In this document: positions 1 through 9,360 of the stretch, in pieces
How positions within the stretch are numbered: position 1 is the stretch's first letter
Layout of the letters: the number at the start of each line of letters is the position of its first letter
From: a phage
Length of the DNA stretch: 64,000 nt
Sequence record: PZ445554.1
Reading direction: 5' to 3' (one strand)
Program-made: the position numbers and the translations under genes
The notes under the pieces: model-generated
Told to the model about the DNA's origin: nothing
The model's database searches: none
The model's input: only the letters and a program-made list of their open reading frames with translations

Positions 1-169
1 AGTCCAAGCTTCATTTCTATTGGACATTATTTTTGTATATTCTGCTTTAAATGCATTCTTAAGCATAGATTCAGTAACTATATGCTCTTCATTAGAAAAA
101 TTATTTCTCAGAATATATCGTTTTATTTCAGGAATAGTTAATAGATGCTGTCCAGTTGAATATTCCATG
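1..169 (-). CDS. hypothetical protein, 5' part only (runs off window start)
   Basis: Minus-strand ATG at 169 preceded by GGAGGAAAAAC RBS; frame open to position 1 (MEYSTGQHLLTIPEIKRY...); immediately downstream of gene 46. Confidence 0.4.
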
Positions 170-223
170 TTTTTCCTCCATAGAGATTATACTCTAATAA
201 ATTAAAGCATAATCTCTTATAAA

Positions 224-1906
224 TTAAACCATTACAGTAAATCGACCAACTTTCTTCATTTGAAGATGCTGACCGTATTCTTGCGGGTCATGGTCTTTAT
301 GCGAAATTATAAAAACATTAGTGTTTTTCATTGAATTTATAATATTAGCTACACCTTTAATACCTTCGGCATCAAATGACCCATCAAACACTTCATCGAG
401 TATTAATGTACTAATACTAACACCAGATACAATAGAAGCAATATCACGCCAAGTAAATAAAAGAGCAATATCAATTCGCGCTTTTTCACCTTCACTAAAT
501 GAAGCATAACTAAAATCTTCGCGACCACGGGATTTAATTGTCTCATTAAATTCTTCATCTAATGTAAACACATAATCCGCTTCCATTATTTTAAGATAAT
601 GGTTAATCTGCTTATTAAATAATGGAATGTACTTTTTAATAATAGCACCTTTAATACCAGAATCTTTGAGCATATCAGTCAAAATTCCTCGGTGGTATTT
701 TTCCATTACTAAATTAGTTTTTGTCTTAACAATTTTATCAAGTTCTTCTTGAAGCAGTGCTATTTCATCAGCATGGTCAATAAACTCAGAAGATGCTTTT
801 TCTATAGCCGCTTTAACCTTTTTAGCTTTATCTACTGCTGCGATCAGAGATTGCTTTTTATTGCGAATATCATTTGCCAACGACTGCTGGGTTTTAATAT
901 TATCTCGGTATTCATCAACAAGAACTTTTAAATTATCACGGTGTGTTGAAAGCTGTTCAAACGAATGCGTACATTCAGAAACTTTATCTTTAATTTTAGA
1001 AACAACTTTATCACCGGAACTTAATTGTGACAAACAGGTTGGACATAATCCACCTTCGTGATACATATTAATGACTTTATTATACGAGTCAATTTTTGAT
1101 TTAATTAAAACTGCTTCTTGACCGATTTTATTAAATGCATCAGTCGGGTCTTCATCTAAAACAATATTAACTAATCTTTCATTAGCTTCTTCTATTTCAG
1201 ATTTTAGCGTTCTAGCTTCTTTTGCCAAATCATCATACATATTTTGTAGACGCGTAAGGTTGTCACCCGTTAATTTTTTCTGGCGTTCAACGTTATCATT
1301 ATATATTTTAATTTGTTGGATAATACTATCTTTTTTAACATCAAGCACTTGGTTTTGTGAATTTAATTCGCGTATTAGTGCTTTATTAAGCTTATCCATT
1401 TCAGCTAATGTTCCTACCTCGAGCAGGTCTTCCACAAGCTTTCTTCGCGCAGGGGTCGACAAACCCATGAAAGGGGTATACCCTGCTGTACCAAGGACAA
1501 CAATCTGCTTGAAACTGGCATATGACATTCCGATAAGCTGTTCAAATTCTGCTTGGAAATCTTTACTACTGGCAGATTCATTAAGACGTGTACCGTTAAC
1601 GGTGATTTCGAAAACGTTTGGTTTTTGTCCTCTTTTGATATAGTACTTTTTCTCATCATATTCCATCCACAGTTCAACTAAAAGTTCTTTCTTATTTGTG
1701 CTGTTTATTAATTGGCCTTTCTTTACATCACGAAATGGCTTGCCAAAAAGCCCAAATGTGATGGCTTCTAGCATAGTAGACTTACCACCGCCATTTCGTC
1801 CAGTAATAAGAGTTTTTTGAACCTTATCTAATTGAATGTCAATAGGATTTCCACCTACTGACATTATATTTTGATACCTAACTCGGTTTAGTTTAAAATT
1901 CTTCAC
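224..1906 (-). CDS. 46: recombination endonuclease subunit gp46 (Rad50/SbcC-like ATPase)
   Basis: 560 aa; Walker A GRNGGGKST near N-terminus, long central coiled-coil, CPTC zinc hook, C-terminal ABC signature/Walker B LILDEVFD; 4-nt overlap with gene 47. Confidence 0.93.
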   Translation of the reverse strand: MKNFKLNRVRYQNIMSVGGNPIDIQLDKVQKTLITGRNGGGKSTMLEAITFGLFGKPFRDVKKGQLINSTNKKELLVELWMEYDEKKYYIKRGQKPNVFEITVNGTRLNESASSKDFQAEFEQLIGMSYASFKQIVVLGTAGYTPFMGLSTPARRKLVEDLLEVGTLAEMDKLNKALIRELNSQNQVLDVKKDSIIQQIKIYNDNVERQKKLTGDNLTRLQNMYDDLAKEARTLKSEIEEANERLVNIVLDEDPTDAFNKIGQEAVLIKSKIDSYNKVINMYHEGGLCPTCLSQLSSGDKVVSKIKDKVSECTHSFEQLSTHRDNLKVLVDEYRDNIKTQQSLANDIRNKKQSLIAAVDKAKKVKAAIEKASSEFIDHADEIALLQEELDKIVKTKTNLVMEKYHRGILTDMLKDSGIKGAIIKKYIPLFNKQINHYLKIMEADYVFTLDEEFNETIKSRGREDFSYASFSEGEKARIDIALLFTWRDIASIVSGVSISTLILDEVFDGSFDAEGIKGVANIINSMKNTNVFIISHKDHDPQEYGQHLQMKKVGRFTVMV

Positions 1907-2118
1907 AAAAGATTCCTTTTAATGTATCTTTTAGACCATTCTATCATATCATCATAATCTAAAAAGTATTCATCAAATTCAGCCATGCAAACAACACCTT
2001 GTGCTGCTTTTGATGTGATATAAATTATTCCAACATATCTAGAATCTTCTTCGGTATAATCAATATTTGCTATGAATTCATCATTAATGTCAAATGTCGA
2101 AAACTTCACAGTATGCAT
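1903..2118 (-). CDS. hypothetical small protein (46.1-like position)
   Basis: ORF-track ORF 1903..2166; stop overlaps gene 46 start; start probably internal Met because of overlap with next ORF. Confidence 0.4.
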   Translation of the reverse strand: MHTVKFSTFDINDEFIANIDYTEEDSRYVGIIYITSKAAQGVVCMAEFDEYFLDYDDMIEWSKRYIKRNLL

Positions 2119-2353
2119 CCTTAATACAAGATACAGCCATATCTCGTAATGATTTAGGGGTGTCATTATCTAAAATGTTGAAGTTAAAAGATACAGCCCA
2201 GTCAGTGCAGACCGTAACCTTTTTAATACAATTATCTTCAACTTCTAGTGGTTCAAACCAGTATTCAATAATTTCTTTATGACCAATATCATCTTTTACT
2301 TCGCATTCAAAATGCTGACTCATCATAACATTTTTAAATTCATCAAAAGTCAT
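2090..2353 (-). CDS. hypothetical small protein (46.2-like position)
   Basis: 87-aa ORF; stop/start overlap with gene 47 (2350) typical of T4 coupling. Confidence 0.45.
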   Translation of the reverse strand: MTFDEFKNVMMSQHFECEVKDDIGHKEIIEYWFEPLEVEDNCIKKVTVCTDWAVSFNFNILDNDTPKSLRDMAVSCIKDAYCEVFDI

Positions 2354-3369
2354 TGTGTTGCCTCTACATATAGCTGATTTGCATATTGAATAAGTGCTTC
2401 ACGATCAGAATCAGTGATGTCTGGAATTGCATTAATATACTCTTCCATTAATGTCTGAAGCGATTGAACTTCAACTTCTTCACTGTCATCTGACTCGACA
2501 GAGTTATCAATCTTTGACACAACTCGTAATGAATGCACAACTTTTTCTAGTTCAGATTCGAATTTCGTCAGATTTTTGTCTACTTCAGTTACTATAACAC
2601 GTACTGATAGATTTGTAAAATCTTTATAGTCAATTTTTCCTTTAAATGGATAATGAATTCTACGATGCCAGGTAGTATTGTTTGGAATAAATTCCATTCG
2701 TTCTGTTTCTGTATCAAACATCCAGAACCCACGAGGGTCATTCTCGTCACCTGCTGTTAGTGTCCATGGTGTCCCAATATATCTGACGTTTGCAGCCTCA
2801 GAAATAGTATGGAAGTGACCAGACCACACTTCTTTATAAGTCTTAAGGAAATCAGGTTCAAGACCGTGAGATTTCATTCCTTTATAAAAATAAAATCCAT
2901 TCAGTTCCCAGTGACCAACACAAAAAGAAGCAGATGAAGTTTTGATGTGTTCAAGAATTTCACCAGTATTTTCTTCGCACATCCAAGGAATTAAATCAAT
3001 CAAACACCCGTCAAAATCTACTGTAGTAGGCTTATCATATACTTTAACATTAGGATATTTAGCCAAAAGCTCAGTAGAGGCATTTGGATGCATTACATTT
3101 TTGTAGTGGAGATCGTGATTTCCTACAATAGTATGTAATGTGATTCCAGCGTCATCAAGCATTTGAACTATTTCACGGGCAAACTCCATAGTTTTATGTG
3201 TGATTGCTTTTCGCACATCAAAAATATCACCATATTGAATCCATACAGTAATTCCATTTTTCTTAGAATATTCTATCGCTTGCTTAATTCCATCAATTTG
3301 AATACCGCGAATCCACTCATCATCAGCTTTAACGCCTAAATGCCAATCACCCAAGTTTAGTATTTTCAT
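2350..3369 (-). CDS. 47: recombination nuclease subunit gp47 (Mre11/SbcD-like phosphoesterase)
   Basis: 339 aa; N-terminal LGDWHLG and GNHD calcineurin-like phosphoesterase motifs; adjacent to gene 46 as in T4. Confidence 0.93.
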   Translation of the reverse strand: MKILNLGDWHLGVKADDEWIRGIQIDGIKQAIEYSKKNGITVWIQYGDIFDVRKAITHKTMEFAREIVQMLDDAGITLHTIVGNHDLHYKNVMHPNASTELLAKYPNVKVYDKPTTVDFDGCLIDLIPWMCEENTGEILEHIKTSSASFCVGHWELNGFYFYKGMKSHGLEPDFLKTYKEVWSGHFHTISEAANVRYIGTPWTLTAGDENDPRGFWMFDTETERMEFIPNNTTWHRRIHYPFKGKIDYKDFTNLSVRVIVTEVDKNLTKFESELEKVVHSLRVVSKIDNSVESDDSEEVEVQSLQTLMEEYINAIPDITDSDREALIQYANQLYVEATQ

Positions 3370-3970
3370 GGTGTCTTTTCCATCCTAATTTAGCTGCTTT
3401 TGAAACCAGTTCTTTAATTTTTCCTTTTGTCCATTCAGGACCAGGAGGTTCATGACATAACATTTGCTTAACTCCGTTATTATACCATTTTTTACCTTTA
3501 TTATGTGATGAAGCTTTAAATTTATTTGACCTTCCTTTTGCATAACCTTCTGGAATATAAGGCAAAAAGGCAGATTTTCCTGTTAATGGATCATGTGAAT
3601 GTATATTTCCTTTACAATTATGAGAACCATATAATGGATGATTTTGTCCTTTATTATCTCTTCCAAATGAACCTTTTGGAGCAGCATATGACATATTAAA
3701 GAATAATGGATTTTTAACTGCATCATGCAATCGTTGATAATATAACTCGCATTTAATAGCTTCTTCACGCGTATCAAATTCAGCTAAAATGCATGAATCA
3801 AATAAGTGAGGATTATCTGAAAGCTCTTTATTATAAATTTTCTTATACTTTTTAGATAAAACTGAACCATGATATCCAGCTAAATGCCTATCTAAAGACG
3901 TAGATCCAATATAAAAAGGAGGAAGTTTATCTCCACTATATATTGTTAAATAAGTTATATATTTTTTCAT
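3347..3970 (-). CDS. GIY-YIG family homing endonuclease (Seg-like)
   Basis: 207 aa; N-terminus YLTIYSGDKLPPFYIGST..R..H...ILAEFDTREEA..E fits GIY-(8-11)-YIG with conserved Arg/Glu; basic Gly/Lys-rich C-terminus typical of DNA-binding linker; overlaps gene 47 start by 23 nt. Confidence 0.7.
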   Translation of the reverse strand: MKKYITYLTIYSGDKLPPFYIGSTSLDRHLAGYHGSVLSKKYKKIYNKELSDNPHLFDSCILAEFDTREEAIKCELYYQRLHDAVKNPLFFNMSYAAPKGSFGRDNKGQNHPLYGSHNCKGNIHSHDPLTGKSAFLPYIPEGYAKGRSNKFKASSHNKGKKWYNNGVKQMLCHEPPGPEWTKGKIKELVSKAAKLGWKRHHENTKLG

Positions 3971-4107
3971 ATATCAAGAACCGTCATTGAAATGCAAAAT
4001 AAAATTATTGAAATAAATCCATCTGGAGTGCTAAAGAACCCAATCCAACATGCTCTAGTGAATAGATAAAATGCAAGAAAAAGTATCACATATCCAAGAA
4101 ATATCAT
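3967..4107 (-). CDS. putative small hydrophobic peptide (46 aa)
   Basis: Hand-translated MIFLGYVILFLAFYLFTRACWIGFF...; its TGA overlaps ATG of the GIY-YIG ORF (ATGA); below ORF-track size cut-off. Confidence 0.25.
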   Translation of the reverse strand: MIFLGYVILFLAFYLFTRACWIGFFSTPDGFISIILFCISMTVLDI

Positions 4108-4130
4108 TATATCAAACTCCGTATAAAGCT

Positions 4131-4148
4131 AAAGGGCCGAAGCCCTTT
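4131..4148 (-). terminator. rho-independent terminator after a-gt
   Basis: AAAGGGC-TTCG-GCCCTTT hairpin (minus strand) at the a-gt stop, followed by U-rich tract. Confidence 0.5.
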
Positions 4149-5349
4149 ATTTTGTAATAATGTCAAACTGTTCTTTAAAGCAGAAGCTTGAATCTTGATG
4201 CTGATACAAAAATTCATATGCTTTTTCTCGCTCACGGTCATAAAGAGCTCGGTCAGATGACAGTTCTTTAATACGTTCAAATGTTGATTCCATGTCATTT
4301 TCATCAAACCAAATGATACCGCTATCATGCGAGGTCAAAGGAGTATTATCAACACGGAATTTTAAATTTTCGCCAGTAGATTTCCAAAATACCGGAATTG
4401 TTCCACATGCACCAAGCTCGAGATGAGTATATTCTAAAGAACGTTGTAGATATTTTTTATCCAACTTACTCAACTGATAACCAAAACCGGATTTACTCAT
4501 GCGTTCAAGCATTTCGCTATTTACATAACGGTCAAGAATTTGCGTTGGCAAATTAGGAGCAATTTTAATTTGGTCTACTTGATGAAGACGATAATACTCG
4601 TATGGAATTCCTTTTTCTTTAATAGGAATGAACGCTGGAGAACGTTCCAGACCTTCCATAATAGTACTTAGTCCTGCAGGTTTAAGATGTTTTTCGTGAA
4701 AATCAAACATCTGATAAAAACCTTTCCATGTAGTCGTACGACCAATCCAACGATTGATATTCATGTTAATTTCAGAAACATCTTTCCAGTAGGTTGACCG
4801 AACCTTCGCAATATCCATAGGAGGCTGAAAGTTATATACTGTCGGCGCTTCTTCAATATCATCAAATAAAGAAACTGTTTCAGGATACCACTCTTTCATC
4901 AGAACTTTATTAAAATCACCATTATCAGAATGACTAAAAATAACATCAGCTCGACGAACAGTTTCTTCTAATCCCAAATTTCGGCGCAAAGAAAGAGAAG
5001 AGTGGTCATGTTGATAAACTACAACACGAACCGAAGGTTTAATGTTATCAATAATTTTTTTATAGTTATTAATAGTGTCTTCTTCAACTGAAGTAGCAGG
5101 AACTGAATTGATAATTAGAATATCACAATCATTTACCAGCTTAAGTGTTTTATCGTATTCTTTTGCCAATAAAACCGGAATTGAAAATGATTTATAATCA
5201 TGTGCACAGTTACGAGTAAATGATTTATCTTTAGCATAAACCAAAGTTACTTCATGACCATTTTTAATAAACCAATCACGTTGCTCAAGAGAAAATTTAG
5301 TTACACCACAACCTTCAAGACCCCGAGCCATAAAAATACATACTTTCAT
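4147..5349 (-). CDS. a-gt: DNA alpha-glucosyltransferase (hydroxymethylcytosine glucosylation)
   Basis: 400 aa; begins MKVCIFMARGLEGCGVTKFSLEQRDWFIKNGHEVTLVYAKDKSF, recognised as the T4 alpha-gt sequence; same length as T4 enzyme. Confidence 0.95.
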   Translation of the reverse strand: MKVCIFMARGLEGCGVTKFSLEQRDWFIKNGHEVTLVYAKDKSFTRNCAHDYKSFSIPVLLAKEYDKTLKLVNDCDILIINSVPATSVEEDTINNYKKIIDNIKPSVRVVVYQHDHSSLSLRRNLGLEETVRRADVIFSHSDNGDFNKVLMKEWYPETVSLFDDIEEAPTVYNFQPPMDIAKVRSTYWKDVSEINMNINRWIGRTTTWKGFYQMFDFHEKHLKPAGLSTIMEGLERSPAFIPIKEKGIPYEYYRLHQVDQIKIAPNLPTQILDRYVNSEMLERMSKSGFGYQLSKLDKKYLQRSLEYTHLELGACGTIPVFWKSTGENLKFRVDNTPLTSHDSGIIWFDENDMESTFERIKELSSDRALYDREREKAYEFLYQHQDSSFCFKEQFDIITK

Positions 5350-5400
5350 TTAATATCCTCTTTGTTTTGGTTTATTTTACCAAAAATTTATAAAGCAATA

Positions 5401-5418
5401 TAGGAGCCGAAGCTCCTA
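5401..5418 (-). terminator. rho-independent terminator
   Basis: TAGGAGC-TTCG-GCTCCTA hairpin overlapping stop of the upstream small ORF, followed by T-rich run on minus strand. Confidence 0.4.
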
Positions 5419-5589
5419 TCCACATAATACGCCATACAGAGGCTCGTTAGAACTTTTAAATTTTATGCGCTTATATGTTATAGTTCCTTCTGCTTTAGCT
5501 TTATCATGAGACTCTTTAAAGCGTCTCATCATTTCCTCTTTAGAGGAACGAATTTTATTATAATCTATTTCAGAAGTCTGGGTGTTCAT
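5416..5589 (-). CDS. putative small protein (57 aa)
   Basis: Hand-translated MNTQTSEIDYNKIRSSKEEMMRRFKESHDKAKAEG...; start 3 nt after stop of upstream ORF; not in ORF track (<60 aa). Confidence 0.3.
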   Translation of the reverse strand: MNTQTSEIDYNKIRSSKEEMMRRFKESHDKAKAEGTITYKRIKFKSSNEPLYGVLCG

Positions 5590-5592
5590 CTT

Positions 5593-5799
5593 TCATAACT
5601 GCCACCATTTTTTAACTTGATAAGAATCAACCCACACTTTCATATTAGGGTCTGCTCTTACAATAGGAGGATTAACTTCTTTAATTGAACTATCATGGTA
5701 TTCTTTTTCAGAAATTTTCACACAAAGATGACCATTCAAAGATTCAGTAAATCCTGCATTAATTTTAAGACGCTTGAATTTTACGTGTGTAAGCATCAA
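5593..5799 (-). CDS. hypothetical protein
   Basis: 68-aa ORF in the a-gt/55 intergenic cluster of small early genes. Confidence 0.4.
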   Translation of the reverse strand: MMLTHVKFKRLKINAGFTESLNGHLCVKISEKEYHDSSIKEVNPPIVRADPNMKVWVDSYQVKKWWQL

Positions 5800-6082
5800 T
5801 CATATCCTCAATCTGCGATCTAGTAGTCTTCCAAAGAATACTAATGAGTTCATCGTTATATGGCTGTTTTAGAATATCCCGACTTTTCTTGATAGCATAT
5901 TCGTATTGAGCAAAATTATTATTTTCAGCTGCAATCTGAGCGTGCTTATAAAGACGATTCAGTTCGCGTTTGTTTTTATGCAATAACTTATTTGCTTTTC
6001 TTTCTGCTTCAAGACGGTTCTTTTCTTCAATAGAAGAAATAAGCTTTTCCACTTCATCATTAATTTCGGGTTTATCAGTCAT
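5765..6082 (-). CDS. hypothetical protein
   Basis: 105-aa ORF, charged/helical; tightly packed with neighbours. Confidence 0.5.
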   Translation of the reverse strand: MTDKPEINDEVEKLISSIEEKNRLEAERKANKLLHKNKRELNRLYKHAQIAAENNNFAQYEYAIKKSRDILKQPYNDELISILWKTTRSQIEDMIDAYTRKIQAS

Positions 6083-6083
6083 A

Positions 6084-6329
6084 TTATTTCTCTAATATAA
6101 AATAAAAATCATCATCTGTTAAATGATACCGATAGTTTAATTCTACACCATTAGATTTAAAAGCGGTATCATACGGATTTTCTGGATCAATATCAATGTC
6201 AAGAGCTAAAACCTCCCTGAGATACATTTTAAGTAAATAGGGAATAGCTTCAACTTCAGGTATTTCTTCCAAGAATCCGGAGAGGTTAATCGTTAGCCTC
6301 ATATAAAAAATCCAAACTAGGAGAATCAT
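6084..6329 (-). CDS. hypothetical protein
   Basis: 81-aa ORF; start likely an internal Met because it overlaps the end of gene 55. Confidence 0.4.
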
Positions 6330-6843
6330 CTACAACACTTTTCTTTTCAGCCCCCGGTGTTCTATAGGTTGATTCTTCGTAATGCGTCATTTTATCGTAG
6401 ATGTCTTGAATAAAAGTTTCATCTACTAACGCAACCATATCGTCGTCACGGCTGTCATAGACATTGTGAACGAAGTAACTATATTTCTTTGCAACTTCCT
6501 TACGTTCCTTTTTAATACGTTGGACGAATGCATTAAAACAAGCTTGAGTTATATATGCATGTGGGTTTTTATATTTCGTTTCATCAAAATTATGAAGCCC
6601 CTTAATAGAAGCTTCTATACCATCTGCAATCATTTCTTGTTTCCAAGATTGGGTGTATCCTGAAAAGTTGAAACGTTTAGATAAGCCTTCTGCAATAAGC
6701 ATAATGGCTAATCCGATAGTATCATTCTGACGAACTACTTTATTTGGGTCTTTATTATTTGCTAATTCTGTTTTCCAATCAATAATAGCTTGTAAAAGCT
6801 CTTTATTGTTTACGTAATTATATTTAGGCTTAGTTTCTGACAT
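6286..6843 (-). CDS. 55: late-transcription sigma factor gp55
   Basis: [30 protein letters not shown]... recognised as T4 gp55; 185 aa from second Met. Confidence 0.93.
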
Positions 6844-6921
6844 TTTCACCTCTTAGCTCAATTCATAGATCTATTATATCATAATATTTGAAGATCTATC
6901 TTAAAGCATAGAGAATATCAG

Positions 6922-7191
6922 TTATCTAAGTAAGCAGTATGCTTGGAACACTTTCTCCATCATCTTTTTAAATTCATGAATATCTATATAATGACTAGTT
7001 AGATCAGCATGATATAAAAAGTCTAAAAACTTTTCATGTGTACTAACATATTCACTTTCATTTAATTCAGAAACATGACTTTCCCAATATCCAACACCAG
7101 TCTTATTTGGGAAAAATGAAATTTTCATGTATTGGTCAACATAGAAAATGCCATAATTTTCAATAGTAATAGAAATATTAATAAATTTCAT
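6922..7191 (-). CDS. hypothetical protein
   Basis: 89-aa ORF upstream of gene 55. Confidence 0.45.
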   Translation of the reverse strand: MKFINISITIENYGIFYVDQYMKISFFPNKTGVGYWESHVSELNESEYVSTHEKFLDFLYHADLTSHYIDIHEFKKMMEKVFQAYCLLR

Positions 7192-7409
7192 ACATTCATC
7201 AACTTAGCCGCTTCAAGAGCTGCATCTAGTGAATCAAATTGATCAACATATTCAATCAATTCGCCGTAATTGGCATATAACCACCATTGGCTAAATTCAT
7301 ACTCAAGGATGAATCCGTTTCCTTCAATTTGAGTTAAACCAATGCCATTTGTATTTACTTCATATCCGGCAAGACGCAAATCGTTAATAAGAGCTTCGTT
7401 CATATTCAT
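7188..7409 (-). CDS. hypothetical protein
   Basis: 73-aa acidic ORF; 4-nt overlaps with both neighbours. Confidence 0.5.
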   Translation of the reverse strand: MNMNEALINDLRLAGYEVNTNGIGLTQIEGNGFILEYEFSQWWLYANYGELIEYVDQFDSLDAALEAAKLMNV

Positions 7410-7732
7410 ACCTTAGCAATTTTCAGGTCTGCAAATTTTTTCTTGCGTTGATTTTTCATGCGACGAATAGTTTTATCGGAAATTTCATGCTTTTGATAAG
7501 CTTTAGATTCTACGCCAAAAGCTTTAACATCAAATTCCGACAAGATATATTGAACCAGCAATTCACGGACAGTATTACGTCCAATCTTCTGATCATTCTG
7601 TTTCATCGTCTGATGAAGCTCTTTTTCCCATTTATCCAAAATTTGAGGAGTTACAATATCGCCTTTTTCTAGCAAAGAAACTACTTTATCATATGCGTAA
7701 GAATTAATGACGTTTTTAATTTGAATAGTCAT
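7406..7732 (-). CDS. hypothetical protein
   Basis: 108-aa ORF, basic C-terminus. Confidence 0.5.
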   Translation of the reverse strand: MTIQIKNVINSYAYDKVVSLLEKGDIVTPQILDKWEKELHQTMKQNDQKIGRNTVRELLVQYILSEFDVKAFGVESKAYQKHEISDKTIRRMKNQRKKKFADLKIAKV

Positions 7733-7769
7733 ACATTATCCTCAATTACGTTAAAATTTTATTATCCAA

Positions 7770-7789
7770 AAAGGGCCGAAGCCCTTAGC
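7770..7789 (-). terminator. rho-independent terminator
   Basis: GGGC-TTCG-GCCC hairpin directly after stop at 7785, followed by TTTTT on minus strand. Confidence 0.55.
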
Positions 7790-7985
7790 TAAACTTTTTG
7801 GCACCCTTCCAGCCTTCGTACATCATTGCGACTGACAATGACAAAGCTCCTTCACATGCTGCATACTTATTATTCCAGAACCAATTTAGAAAAACTTCAT
7901 CCTCAATACCATTGTGTTTCATGTTCTGGAAAAATTTGGCGCGTTCTTCAGCAATTCGCTGCGATAATTTAGATTCAGGATTCAT
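7785..7985 (-). CDS. hypothetical protein
   Basis: 66-aa ORF. Confidence 0.5.
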   Translation of the reverse strand: MNPESKLSQRIAEERAKFFQNMKHNGIEDEVFLNWFWNNKYAACEGALSLSVAMMYEGWKGAKKFS

Positions 7986-8117
7986 TTAAATTTCCCAATT
8001 ACCATTTTCATCAATAAATTTAATCCAGTCATTTACTGACCACTTAGTTGTATCGCCTTTTGGAGTAGCATTTAAAGTATATAGCCCTTGCTTAAAAAGC
8101 ATTCGTTTGATATTCAT
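7986..8117 (-). CDS. hypothetical small protein
   Basis: ORF 7986..8201 trimmed to internal Met with GAGG RBS to avoid overlap. Confidence 0.3.
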   Translation of the reverse strand: MNIKRMLFKQGLYTLNATPKGDTTKWSVNDWIKFIDENGNWEI

Positions 8118-8124
8118 ATTTTCC

Positions 8125-8418
8125 TCAGCTGTAACGATAACACTCGTTTGATTTACGTTTAGCAACTCGTTGAGAAGTATTATAATCAAAATCATCGTCA
8201 ATGTAAACTGATTTTTTCAACTTTCTTACTTCACCGCGTAATTGACGATTTAACTCATCTTTAACTTCTGAATCAATACCTTTCATTCTACGCCATTTAT
8301 CTGAGCGAAAAATGTTTTCAACCATATCTTTATGACTTACACCATCAGGAGCTTTACGCTTTCCGAAATAGTCATAATCACGAACTTTCAAGTCTTTACG
8401 ACGATACGTTTTACCCAT
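8125..8418 (-). CDS. hypothetical basic protein
   Basis: ORF 8125..8457; probable start MGKTYRRKDL with AAGGA RBS. Confidence 0.45.
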   Translation of the reverse strand: MGKTYRRKDLKVRDYDYFGKRKAPDGVSHKDMVENIFRSDKWRRMKGIDSEVKDELNRQLRGEVRKLKKSVYIDDDFDYNTSQRVAKRKSNECYRYS

Positions 8419-8593
8419 GGAGTTTAATTTCCTTAGCAACTGAACTAAATGCAGCACGATCGCAAATCATGCGTTTATGTAACTTGAGTATAATATAGCA
8501 AACTTCAAAACTATTTACATGAGTAACACGAACAGCATTACCATTAATGAGATAATACTGTCCCTTTTTAATTTCTTTATCAACTACAACCAT
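8411..8593 (-). CDS. hypothetical protein
   Basis: 60-aa ORF. Confidence 0.4.
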   Translation of the reverse strand: MVVVDKEIKKGQYYLINGNAVRVTHVNSFEVCYIILKLHKRMICDRAAFSSVAKEIKLHG

Positions 8594-8734
8594 ATCAATT
8601 CCTCAAAGGTAATTCATATGTTAATAATACCATGGTTTGAACTTGTTGTAAACAACTTTGTGAAAAATATTTTAGGGAATGATAAGAAAGGAACGATAGC
8701 TTAGAATGGTAATATACAGAATGTGAGAAAGAAA

Positions 8735-8748
8735 GGCCCAGAGGGCCC
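8735..8748 (-). terminator. rho-independent terminator after nrdH
   Basis: GGCCC-AGA-GGGCC hairpin 4 nt past stop, then TTTCTTTCT on minus strand. Confidence 0.5.
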
Positions 8749-8751
8749 GTC

Positions 8752-9075
8752 TTAATCTTCTATGATATCTCTATCATATCCAAGTGAAATGAGAGTTTCT
8801 TTGAAGTGTTTAATGTTCTTTTGTCTAGAATCATTAATGAAAATGACTGGATAACGAATGTTAAGAGATGTGAATCCAGCGCGTTTAGCAAGAGATACAA
8901 TCAGTGGACGATCATACTCAATCTTACCATTATTTGTAAGAACTTTATAGAAAGTAAAAGGAGCATTGAGCTCCTTTAGAAGTTTTGTAACTGATTGACA
9001 TCCAGGACAACGACCTACTTCATCTGGAATTCCATAGACTTCAATCTTATTCTTTAAGTTCGAGTTTTGTTCCAC
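8752..9075 (-). CDS. nrdH: glutaredoxin-like protein NrdH
   Basis: KIEVYGIPDEVGRCPGCQS with CPGC redox motif; position upstream-adjacent to nrdG/nrdD; true start uncertain (no nearby ATG, GTG candidate at 9075). Confidence 0.6.
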   Translation of the reverse strand: MEQNSNLKNKIEVYGIPDEVGRCPGCQSVTKLLKELNAPFTFYKVLTNNGKIEYDRPLIVSLAKRAGFTSLNIRYPVIFINDSRQKNIKHFKETLISLGYDRDIIED

Positions 9076-9337
9076 GAGAAATAATTCCTTGGTAAGCCCA
9101 ATAAGGAGGATTAACAGAATCCTCGTCAGAGTTTTCTTCAGGAAAATAAACCTGGATAACAAATCCAGATGCATCAAAGGTAAAATAAACCGTAGGCAGT
9201 TCACCTAACAATTCGGCACGAGCATTAATTTCTTCGAGATCTCGTTCACGTCCAGCCCAAAAACTAGGATTTAGACTACATTCGTAAAAATAATAGTCAT
9301 TACCGAACATGTCAAAACCCTTCCAACTCTCTACCAC
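9047..9337 (-). CDS. hypothetical protein
   Basis: 96-aa ORF. Confidence 0.5.
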   Translation of the reverse strand: MVESWKGFDMFGNDYYFYECSLNPSFWAGRERDLEEINARAELLGELPTVYFTFDASGFVIQVYFPEENSDEDSVNPPYWAYQGIISRGTKLELKE

Positions 9338-9360
9338 ATACCGCTCAAAACTAATTATAA

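Noticed and set aside
321-1643. Plus-strand ORFs (321..509, 749..931, 861..1061, 1260..1643) and minus ORF 1414..1677
   Set aside because: All lie antisense to or nested within the well-supported gene 46 reading frame and lack RBS and motifs.
3583-3777. 64-aa minus-strand ORF
   Set aside because: Nested out of frame inside the GIY-YIG endonuclease ORF.
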